NCBI GenBank assembly: GCA_965262915.1
Contig: OZ253564.1
Location: forward strand, 3,552,001 to 3,616,000
DNA: 64,000 bases
Reading direction: 5' to 3'
DNA from: Candidatus Spongiisociaceae bacterium
GTDB lineage: Bacteria > Actinomycetota > Acidimicrobiia > Spongiisociales > Spongiisociaceae
Shown here: positions 56,212 to 64,000 of the stretch, piece after piece
Layout: each line of letters opens with the position of its first letter
Numbering within the stretch: the first letter of the stretch is position 1
The notes under the pieces: model-generated
What the model was told of the DNA's origin: nothing
Seen by the model: the letters and a program-made list of their open reading frames with translations, nothing else
The model's database searches: none
Made by a program: the position numbers and the translations under genes

Positions 56212-57000
56212 ATGCGCTTGGAGAACCGAACCGCCATCGTCACGGGAGCCGCGTCCGGCATCGGGCGTGCCATCGCCCGTCGTTTTGCGAGGGAGGGCGC
56301 CTCGGTCGTGGTGAGCGACATCCGCGAGACCCCGATCTGGGCTCCCGAAGGCGATGATCTACCGACCACGGATGCCATCCTGGCCGAGGGAGGCAGGGCC
56401 GAGTTCGTCCAGACAGACGTGAGTAGTTGGGACAGTATGGACGCCTTGGTGGGCGGAACCGTCGACAAGTCCGGCCGGCTCGACATCATGGTGAACAGTG
56501 CCGCAGTATTCGAGTCCACCAACATCCTGGAGACCACCGTCGAGAACTGGGACGAGGTGATGGCCGTCAACCTCCGGGGCCAGTTCTTCGGCTGCAAGCG
56601 GGCGGTCATGCAGATGATCGATCAGGACCTCGTCGGGGAGGTCAGGGGACGGATTGTCAACCTGTCCTCCCAGCACGGCATGATAGGACCACCTAACTAC
56701 TTTGCCTACGCGGTCAGCAAAGCCGGCATCGCACAGATGACCCGCCAGTTGGCTGTGGACTACGCCAAGCACGGGATCATGGTCAACGCCGTGGCGCCGG
56801 GACGCATCATAACGGGAACACACCCCGGAGAACCCGACATGACAGACCCGGAACTCCCCTACTCATACTCCCGCACGCCCTTCTCGAGGCTAGGCAGACC
56901 GGATGACATCGCAGGCGCAGCGCTTTACCTGGCCTCCGATGACTGCACGTTCGTCTCAGGACATAACCTTCTCGTCGACGGAGGATGGATGGCGTATTGA
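56212..57000 (+). CDS. Short-chain dehydrogenase/reductase
   Basis: TGAASGIG, YAVSK and LVDGG. Confidence 0.93.
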   Translation: MRLENRTAIVTGAASGIGRAIARRFAREGASVVVSDIRETPIWAPEGDDLPTTDAILAEGGRAEFVQTDVSSWDSMDALVGGTVDKSGRLDIMVNSAAVFESTNILETTVENWDEVMAVNLRGQFFGCKRAVMQMIDQDLVGEVRGRIVNLSSQHGMIGPPNYFAYAVSKAGIAQMTRQLAVDYAKHGIMVNAVAPGRIITGTHPGEPDMTDPELPYSYSRTPFSRLGRPDDIAGAALYLASDDCTFVSGHNLLVDGGWMAY

Positions 57001-57141
57001 GTCGGACGCGAACTGAACTCGAGCGCCAAACCCAAGGCGTCGGAGACCCCGTGGTTATTCGCTCTTCGCGGGTCGCATTGTTTTTACGGCGACTCAGAAG
57101 TTCGACCGGGAACAGACACTTTAACTAACAGGAGGTATCCA

Positions 57142-58539
57142 GTGTCAAGATGGTTCAAGAAGTGGCCAACTCTGGCCGTGTTGCTCGTCCTAGCGCTAGT
57201 GGCGGCCGCATGCGGTGAAGACGAGCCTGCCGAAACAACCGCGGCGGCCACCACCCAGGCCCAAGCGACCACGGCCGCGACCGAGGCAGAGCCGATGTCG
57301 GTCGACGAGATGCTCGCCATGTGCAATGTCGAGATACCGCAGGTCAGCGTGAACTTCGGTATGGCACCATTCGGTGACCACACCATCTACTCACATGCTA
57401 TGGCCGAGGGTTGGTTCGAGGATGTGGGGATCAACATCAACGAGAAGTTCGCGACCATCCCGTACGAACAGATCGTGGCCCTGTTGGTCAACGAGGACTA
57501 TGACTTCACGACCCAGTACGGACCCAACGAACTCCAGAGCATGCTCCGTGCCCCCGATGTACAGCAGATAACGTTCAGCGACGCCTACGTCGGCCTGTAC
57601 TTCCTTGCACCTCCTGACAGCGGGCTCGATACGGTTCCTGATCTGGTCGCATCCGGTATGAGTTACGAAGATGCCTTCAAGCAAGTCGTCGGCCAGATGG
57701 TCGGCGCGCGTGTTGCCATCGATGACACCGGGTCCCACCGCTCCTTCGTCGATGCGGTCTTCGAAGCGGGCGGTGTCACACCCGATGACTTCGCCGAACT
57801 GATAGCGGTCGACGATGCTCGCATGCTGCTCCTAGGTCGTGGCGGGCAGGCCGACTTCGTCAAGCCCCTGGGCGGCGCTCAGAACGCCGAATTGATCCAG
57901 GATGGTTGGTACCCGATCCTGGGTGCAACCGACCTGATCGCCCTGCTTCCGCCCGGTGACCCCCGGGGTGCAACCGGAATCGGCCACACTGGTTTGGGAG
58001 CTCGAGCCAGCCACTACGCAGAGGACCCCGACACGTTCCTGCGGGTCGTGAGCGTGATGTACCGCGTGATCGACGCCATCAAGAGGGACGTAGCCGAGGG
58101 TACAGATGACGCCTTGGCCAACATCCTTCCGGTGCTCGAGTCAGCTGCCGCGGTGGAGATCGGCATCGACGGTCTGAGGATCATCTACGGTCAGATCGAC
58201 CCGATGAAGTCCTTCGAGGAGCAGACGGAATACTGGGACGACGAGAACAACCCGTTCCACTACAAGAACGTCTACCGGCCCCAGATCGAGGCTGCCCAGG
58301 AAGGCGGCATCCTGCCGGCCGACCAGGACATCGACCCGTCCCTGGGGTTCGGCCTCGCCGAAGAGATCTACGACGCCCTCGTGGAACTCCGGGACAGCTA
58401 TGACTCGATGGTGTCACAGGCGGCAGGTCTGGAAGGCGCATACGCGGAGATGGCCGCTATGGCAGCCACTCACTATGAAAACCGCAACTACCTCGATGCG
58501 GCTCGCATGCTCGAGGCCGCAGTCGGAGGCGGTTGCTGA
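57142..58539 (+). CDS. ABC substrate-binding lipoprotein (NitT/TauT-associated)
   Basis: LALVAAAC lipobox, Ala/Thr-rich linker and strong RBS; upstream of an ATPase and permease. Confidence 0.8.
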   Translation: MSRWFKKWPTLAVLLVLALVAAACGEDEPAETTAAATTQAQATTAATEAEPMSVDEMLAMCNVEIPQVSVNFGMAPFGDHTIYSHAMAEGWFEDVGININEKFATIPYEQIVALLVNEDYDFTTQYGPNELQSMLRAPDVQQITFSDAYVGLYFLAPPDSGLDTVPDLVASGMSYEDAFKQVVGQMVGARVAIDDTGSHRSFVDAVFEAGGVTPDDFAELIAVDDARMLLLGRGGQADFVKPLGGAQNAELIQDGWYPILGATDLIALLPPGDPRGATGIGHTGLGARASHYAEDPDTFLRVVSVMYRVIDAIKRDVAEGTDDALANILPVLESAAAVEIGIDGLRIIYGQIDPMKSFEEQTEYWDDENNPFHYKNVYRPQIEAAQEGGILPADQDIDPSLGFGLAEEIYDALVELRDSYDSMVSQAAGLEGAYAEMAAMAATHYENRNYLDAARMLEAAVGGGC

Positions 58540-58570
58540 TCACCCGATAGAAAGCTAGAGGCAGGAGGAT

Positions 58571-58611
58571 TGGATTCCGCGGGAAACTCCGGAGCGAACC
58601 CGCGGGATCCA
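58571..58611 (+). terminator. GC-rich stem-loop after the SBP gene (terminator or mRNA-stabilising hairpin)
   Basis: TGGATTCCGCGGG ... CCCGCGGGATCCA. Confidence 0.5.
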
Positions 58612-58761
58612 TCTCCTTTCCCCGTGCCCGGACAGGAAAGGGTCAGGGCAGCAACCTCCCTCTCGGTAACCAGGCCGGAGAGAGTGCGCGACTCTGGCTT
58701 CCCACTGATAGCCTTGCGAATCAGAAACGGATTGGCGAAGACCTCTGATATGGGTGCCTAG

Positions 58762-58871
58762 GAGGGTGCTGAAAAATCAATCTTGCGGGGTTCGCCGGTT
58801 GGCAAACCACTTGGTCAGAGAGTTGTAGACTGGCGAGCGAACCCCTTTGTACGGACTTTTTCAGCACCCTC
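58762..58871. mobile_element. MITE copy C (110 bp) with perfect 15-bp terminal IRs
   Basis: GAGGGTGCTGAAAAA ... TTTTTCAGCACCCTC, flanked by CTAG and CTAA; internal GGGGTTCGC/GCGAACCCC stem. Confidence 0.8.
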
Positions 58872-58902
58872 CTAAGGGAGCGCGAGGGAGGCGGCTGGTT
58901 AG

Positions 58903-59772
58903 ATGCAGGATCAGGATATGGACAGTTCTCGAACAAAGGCATCGGTAGGCTCACCTGGGAACCTTGTCAAACCCACTCCCTCCGAGGGACCCTCCAAGGA
59001 CTCCCCTCCTCCTGCGATCGAACTCAGATCGGTCTCGAAGACCTTCGTCCTCGAGTCCGGCGAGGAACTCGTTGCTGTGCGGGATGCGTCGCTCATCGTG
59101 GCTCGGGGAGAGTTCGTTTGTGTGGTGGGTCCGTCCGGACACGGCAAGTCAACACTCCTGAACCTGATTGCCGGGTTCATAGAGCCGTCCAACGGTGAAG
59201 TCTTCGTGAACGGAAGGCGCGTCGCAGGACCCGGACCTGATCGGGGGGTGGTCTTCCAGCGCGACACGCTGTTCCTCTGGCGACGAGTCGCCGACAACAT
59301 CTCTTTCGGGCTCGAGGCACGCGGGGTACCCAAACAGGAGCGAAACGCCACAGTCGAGCGATATCTCAAGACGGTAGGCCTCGAGGACTTCGCCGGTGCA
59401 TGGCCTCGCCAGCTGTCAGGAGGGATGCGGCGCAGGGTGGCCATTGCAGCCGTGTTCGCCAACGAACCGGATGTGTTCCTGATGGATGAACCATTCGTGG
59501 GCTTGGACTATCTGAGGAGGGCACAACTCCACAGGGTTCTCCTGGATCTGTGGGCGGAAGGTGGCCATAGAGCGGTTTTCATGATCACCCACGATGTAGA
59601 TGAGGCTCTCGCCCTCGGCGACCGCATCCTCGTAGTCAAGGAAGGACAGATTGTCGAGAACGTCGAAGTCGCCCTTCCAAGACCACGCTCCACCTACATG
59701 ATCACCGGTGAAGAAGCATCGATCATCAGACGAAACGTCGTGCTCCACTTCGGAGATCTGGAAGTCGGATGA
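58903..59772 (+). CDS. ABC transporter ATP-binding protein, NitT/TauT family
   Basis: GPSGHGKS, LSGGMRRR, LMDEPF and ITHD. Confidence 0.92.
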   Translation: MQDQDMDSSRTKASVGSPGNLVKPTPSEGPSKDSPPPAIELRSVSKTFVLESGEELVAVRDASLIVARGEFVCVVGPSGHGKSTLLNLIAGFIEPSNGEVFVNGRRVAGPGPDRGVVFQRDTLFLWRRVADNISFGLEARGVPKQERNATVERYLKTVGLEDFAGAWPRQLSGGMRRRVAIAAVFANEPDVFLMDEPFVGLDYLRRAQLHRVLLDLWAEGGHRAVFMITHDVDEALALGDRILVVKEGQIVENVEVALPRPRSTYMITGEEASIIRRNVVLHFGDLEVG

Positions 59773-60689
59773 GTCAGACCGCGCAAGGGATCGAGTCGCG
59801 CTCCGACCAGACCCCCCCGCATGGAGCCCAAGCCGCCTCTAAGCGTGTTGACCCGTCTGACACGAGGAAAACCCGCCAGTGGCACCCGCTCACCCTGCTG
59901 TCCTTCTTGGCGATCATCGCCGGCTGGCAAGCAGCCTCGATGGCGTTCGGAGAAACAGTCGGCTACAAACGCGTTCCGGGCATCGAAGATGTCTCACGAG
60001 CCTTTATCAAATACGCCGGTTACTGGCAGGGCGGCTTGGGTGCCGAGTCCACCCGAACCGGAGCAGAGCCCACCAACTGGGGCGCTGCCCTGGGCCTGGC
60101 TCACAACACGCTGGTGACGATGGTGAGAACCATCGCCGGCTACACGATCGGCGCTGTCGTTGGTATCGGATTGGGGTTTCTCATCGCTTGGTCGCGGGTT
60201 GCCAGGGATCTGCTGACCTTCCCGGCTCACCTCGCACGGATGATGCCGCTCCTCGCCATGATCCCGCTGTTCGCCCTCTGGTTCGGCAACAGCGAACTCG
60301 GGGTGTTGACGTTCATAGCCTTCGCCGTGGGAATCCTGATGTTCGCCATAACGATCAACGCGATTGGCAATGTCCCGACTCACTTCTGGCAGTACGCCAG
60401 AAGTCTCGGAGCCAGTCCCCTGCGTACGTACGCTCGCGTGGTGTTCCCCGCCGCGTTCCCGCAACTCAGGGGCGGCTTGCTGCTCGCGGTGGCCTTTTCC
60501 TGGAGCGCGGCACTAGCGGCAGAGTTCCTCGGACAGCAGGTGGGCCTCGGCCATGTCCTGCAGAGCGCTCTCTACTATGCGTCGACCGATGTCGTGGCAT
60601 TGACAGGGCTAGTGGTGATCGCGTTCGCTGCCGTCACCTACCTCGTAGCGAACAGGTTGCTGGCGTGGCTGACACGGTGGGCAGAATAG
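59769..60689 (+). CDS. ABC transporter permease, NitT/TauT family
   Basis: PLLAMIPLFALWFG, ARSLGAS and AAEFLG. Confidence 0.9.
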   Translation: MSQTAQGIESRSDQTPPHGAQAASKRVDPSDTRKTRQWHPLTLLSFLAIIAGWQAASMAFGETVGYKRVPGIEDVSRAFIKYAGYWQGGLGAESTRTGAEPTNWGAALGLAHNTLVTMVRTIAGYTIGAVVGIGLGFLIAWSRVARDLLTFPAHLARMMPLLAMIPLFALWFGNSELGVLTFIAFAVGILMFAITINAIGNVPTHFWQYARSLGASPLRTYARVVFPAAFPQLRGGLLLAVAFSWSAALAAEFLGQQVGLGHVLQSALYYASTDVVALTGLVVIAFAAVTYLVANRLLAWLTRWAE

Positions 60690-60786
60690 CCGAAGTATTG
60701 CCCCGATCCGATCAGGGTTCCCGTTGAGGCGTGGCCGTGGACACAGATCCGGACATCGCTCTGAACGTTAGAGAAAGGGTTCGCAG

Positions 60787-61716
60787 ATGGCCTTCCAGTT
60801 CGTCAGGACACCCGGTCCGCCACGGGATCTCGTAGGATACGGCGCCCGTTTACCCAAGGTCCGCTGGCCTGGTGATGCTCACGTCGCAGTCAACATCGTC
60901 GTGAACTACGAGGAAGGATCCGAATACTCGTTTCCTGCCGGAGACGGGGGGAACGAGCACCATGGGGGCGAGGAGAACTATCCCTTCCCGGATGACAAGA
61001 GGAACCTCGCTCAGGAAACGATTTACGAATACGGAAGCCGGGCGGGCATCTGGAGACTGCTCCGGCTCTTCGACGAGTACGGCGTGAACGCGACCATGTT
61101 CGCCTGTGCGGCAGCCTTCGAACTGAACCCCGAGGTTGCGACGGTGGCCAAGGCCTCCGGGCACGATCTCATGTCCCACGGCTGGCGATGGAGCGAACAC
61201 TGGCGCTTGAGCCGCGATGAAGAGGCGGAGCACATGCGGCTCGCCATCGAGTCCTTCAAGAGTACATGGGGCGAGCGACCCGTCGCCTGGTACTGCCGCT
61301 ACGGACCGTCGGTCCACACCCGAGACCTCGTGGTCGCAGACGGCGGTTTCGTATACGACTCGGACGCCTACAACGACGATTTCCCGTATTTTGTCACCGT
61401 ACGAGGCAGACGACACCTCGTGGTGCCCTACAGCCTCACCTACAACGACCTTCAGGGAACGCTGAGTCCGGTCGACTTTCTGGAATACCTGAAACGTGGA
61501 CTCGACGAGTTGTGGCGCGAGGGCGCCGCCGGCTATCCGAAGATGATGTCGGTAGGTCTCCATCCCCGTATCGTCGGCCAAGCCGGACGGACCTCGGCGT
61601 TGAGGGAATTCATCGAACACGGGCTGCAACTCGGCAACGTCTGGTTCGCTCGCCGCCTCGACATTGCCAATTGGTGGATAGATCATCACGAGGAGTTCAC
61701 GGGTCAGAACGGCTGA
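60787..61716 (+). CDS. Polysaccharide deacetylase family, allantoinase PuuE-like
   Basis: RDLVGYG, WPGDAHVAVNIVVNYEEG, YEYGSRAG, HGWRW, YNDDFPY and MSVGLH. Confidence 0.88.
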   Translation: MAFQFVRTPGPPRDLVGYGARLPKVRWPGDAHVAVNIVVNYEEGSEYSFPAGDGGNEHHGGEENYPFPDDKRNLAQETIYEYGSRAGIWRLLRLFDEYGVNATMFACAAAFELNPEVATVAKASGHDLMSHGWRWSEHWRLSRDEEAEHMRLAIESFKSTWGERPVAWYCRYGPSVHTRDLVVADGGFVYDSDAYNDDFPYFVTVRGRRHLVVPYSLTYNDLQGTLSPVDFLEYLKRGLDELWREGAAGYPKMMSVGLHPRIVGQAGRTSALREFIEHGLQLGNVWFARRLDIANWWIDHHEEFTGQNG

Positions 61717-61718
61717 GC

Positions 61719-62882
61719 ATGAACACCCCCCTCTGCGATATCCCGGCAACAGGAGCATCCATCGGGTATGACGTCTTGGCCAACCGCTGGAACCGGGTAA
61801 GACTTCTAGCCAGAGCCGAAGCCCTTGGTCCACTGATCGTCTACGGCTCGGGGGTGCTCGGGCAGTACGGATTGGTCCACTACCTGACCGGGACCTTCCC
61901 AGACCCGAAAGGAACCTACGTCGTGTTCGGCAACCAAACACCACCGGTGATCGTTGCGAGATCTCCGCAGGAACGTCTGAGGTTGCAACGCTACGGCAAT
62001 TCGCCCGTAGAGATCGCCTACCCGAGCAGTGGTTCGCGCCATGCCCGGTTACAACGTGTAGCAGAGCTCGTCGCGACGCAACGGGACCGCAACCCTCCCG
62101 CCGTAGCCGCAGGAAGCTTGCGCGGCTTGCCTTGGAGCGATCATCAGAGGTTGATGACGCTTCTCGATGTGCCGGGATTCGCCGACGCCTCCCGAATCCT
62201 GAACCTGGCAAAGAGACCAAAAACTCCAACCGACCTGGTAGGAATGGAATGCTCGATCAGGCTGGCAGAGGAAGCTCTTGACCTATTCCTCGCCGACGGC
62301 CGCGTCGGGATGACCGAGCGGGAGGCCGCAGCGCTGATCGAGTCACATCTTCGTGCATATGGTGCATTGACCTCTCTCGTCGATGTCAGTGCCGGGCCCT
62401 ATCTGAGTCAGGCGCCAACCGGGCGGGTCATAGCAAGCGGAGATCTAGTCACCGTCTTCATAGAGACTGCCGGCGCTGACGGCTACTGGGTGGAGTTGGG
62501 AGTCCTTGTGGCGTTCGGCACGGTAGCGGACAGCCTATGGACCTTGGCGGAACAGACTATCGAGACAACCCGACGGGCCGAACTTCTTGCCACCCCGGGC
62601 TGCATCGTTTCGGATCTTGCACACAGCATCGACCAGTTAGTTGAGAGGTTCGGCCGTCCTGCCTTCGGTTACGGACACGGGGTGGGCATCGACGAGGAAC
62701 AGCCGACAGTCTCGCGTGATGACGATTCGATCCTGGAGACGGGGATGACGCTCGCGCTACACCCTTCGATCCTGACCGAGACCGGAGACCGCTCGTTGGC
62801 GGTGGCCAACACCTATTTCATCGACAGCCGCAGGGCAGTACCGCTTTCTGAACGACCTTACGGCGTCTACCGGATCCCATGA
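61719..62882 (+). CDS. M24 (creatinase-like) fold protein with non-canonical metal ligands
   Basis: GMTERE, GYWVEL, GHGVG and GMTLALHP. True start MNTPLC at 61719. Confidence 0.8.
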   Translation: MNTPLCDIPATGASIGYDVLANRWNRVRLLARAEALGPLIVYGSGVLGQYGLVHYLTGTFPDPKGTYVVFGNQTPPVIVARSPQERLRLQRYGNSPVEIAYPSSGSRHARLQRVAELVATQRDRNPPAVAAGSLRGLPWSDHQRLMTLLDVPGFADASRILNLAKRPKTPTDLVGMECSIRLAEEALDLFLADGRVGMTEREAAALIESHLRAYGALTSLVDVSAGPYLSQAPTGRVIASGDLVTVFIETAGADGYWVELGVLVAFGTVADSLWTLAEQTIETTRRAELLATPGCIVSDLAHSIDQLVERFGRPAFGYGHGVGIDEEQPTVSRDDDSILETGMTLALHPSILTETGDRSLAVANTYFIDSRRAVPLSERPYGVYRIP

Positions 62883-62933
62883 AGGCACCGAAGATAGACG
62901 GCTAACATTCGGGAGGAGAGACACGAGTCGAAG

Positions 62934-63761
62934 ATGACATCACGAAACCTAACGGAGATCGCTGCACGACGGTTCAATATATCGAGTCGCGCCCGTCAAG
63001 TTATCCTGGCATCGCTCGGTGTCGGTCTGGTGCTGGTGGTCTGGTCGCTCGCGGCAGCGGCCACCGAACCCGTGAGGATCCCTTCTCCGATTCTCGTATT
63101 CCAGGCGATTCGCGAGAACCTATTCGAGATTCGTGCCCTCGAGTTCGCATCCTTCGGATCGGGCGGCATCATCCAGAACCTGACCTATACAGCTGTCAAT
63201 GTGCTGATAGGCGTGGGCACCGGAGCGGTCGCCGGCTTCGCGATCGGCCTACTGATCGGTCGTGTGAGGGTGATTCGCGATCTGTTGGAGCCGCCGCTCC
63301 TATTCGTCGGAACCGTTCCGGTCCTGGTTCTGCTTCCGTTCCTCTCGCTCTGGTTCGGCACCGGCCGCCTGGCCACGAACGGGATGGTCATCTTCTATAC
63401 CATGGTCACGGTTGCGGTAGTAACCCAGCAGGCAACCACCAACATCTCCAACTACTACGACAACTACGCACTCAGCCTCGGAGCAAGCTCCACTCGAGTG
63501 CTTCTTCAGGTCATCAGGCCGGCTGTGATCCCCGAAGTACTCGGCGCGGTTCGCGTTGCGCTCGCTTTCGGTTGGGGGTTCCAAGCAATCGCGGAAGTAC
63601 TCGGTGGGCAGATAGGGGCGGGCCGGGTAATACGGGTCTACGCACAGTACGCGGCCACCGCCGAGATACTTTCGATAGTGTTCTGTGTCGGTGTCCTAGC
63701 GGTTGTGATCGATGGAATCGTGGCCGGTGTCGGGAGATGGGTGGTCCGGTGGCAGGAGTAG
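62934..63761 (+). CDS. ABC transporter permease, NitT/TauT family
   Basis: IPSP, VPVLVLLPFLSLWFG, ALSLGAS and AEVLG. Confidence 0.9.
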   Translation: MTSRNLTEIAARRFNISSRARQVILASLGVGLVLVVWSLAAAATEPVRIPSPILVFQAIRENLFEIRALEFASFGSGGIIQNLTYTAVNVLIGVGTGAVAGFAIGLLIGRVRVIRDLLEPPLLFVGTVPVLVLLPFLSLWFGTGRLATNGMVIFYTMVTVAVVTQQATTNISNYYDNYALSLGASSTRVLLQVIRPAVIPEVLGAVRVALAFGWGFQAIAEVLGGQIGAGRVIRVYAQYAATAEILSIVFCVGVLAVVIDGIVAGVGRWVVRWQE

Positions 63762-63928
63762 GAGCCTCTACGCTCTCGTGAGCGACCTCGACTCGGATAC
63801 CGGCGCTCAGTGCCATGTTCAGTACGAGAGCCCTCAGCCCGTCCGGGTGCCGCGGCGTACCCCTGCCTGGTGGTCATCGCACGTCGTCGAGGACTCGAGG
63901 GGATTGTGACACCGCACGGAGGGCTCGG

Positions 63929-64000
63929 ATGAACCACGAATCGATAGCGGCCGCACAAATAGTGGTCAACGAAGTCCTCGGCATTCAGGCCGGTGAGTCC
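63929..64000 (+). CDS. Start of a truncated ORF, possibly M29 aminopeptidase/NicX-like
   Basis: MNHESIAAAQIVVNEVLGIQAGES after GGAGGG; only 24 codons are visible. Confidence 0.4.
   Translation, partial: MNHESIAAAQIVVNEVLGIQAGES

Noticed and set aside
57001-57141. Possible riboswitch or terminator before the SBP gene
   Set aside because: Only a weak stem and a T-run; no recognisable aptamer consensus. An Rfam scan would be needed.
60850-62229. 459-aa minus-strand ORF
   Set aside because: Antisense shadow of the PuuE-like and M24 genes.

Overview
High-GC bacterial DNA, densely coding. Lipoprotein-type solute-binding proteins with 'LALVAAACGEDE' leaders and an FN3 surface protein suggest a monoderm actinobacterium, probably Acidimicrobiia; this is inference. 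The window is almost entirely accessory catabolism and uptake. It holds four ABC importers (three NitT/TauT/NMT1-type, one Liv-type) and many C-N bond-cleaving enzymes (hydantoinase, hydantoin racemase, two nitrilase-family proteins, several amidohydrolases, an enamidase homologue, an isochorismatase, a PuuE-like deacetylase and two creatinase-like M24 proteins). It also has two tandem Rieske oxygenases with a coupled orphan HicB-fold protein, CoA-transferase subunits, ppk2, a TfrA/SdhA-like three-gene complex next to a decayed fumC/aspA gene, and two GntR regulators. Non-coding structure includes three heptamer tandem-repeat loci (one a ~460-bp array with a 28-bp higher-order unit, one a long inverted hairpin) and three ~100-110-bp MITEs inserted at YTAR sites. 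A 16-bp candidate GntR operator occurs three times, and one SBP gene carries an apparently exact 1014-bp internal duplication. The best candidates for an undescribed system are (i) the ~17-kb minus-strand N-heterocycle cluster containing a stand-alone archaeosine-synthase-like (DUF5591-type) protein and (ii) the Rieske-Rieske-HicB-like-nitrilase-hydantoinase operon. I saw no rRNA, tRNA, CRISPR array or intact transposase. All functional calls are by motif recognition; no database search was run.
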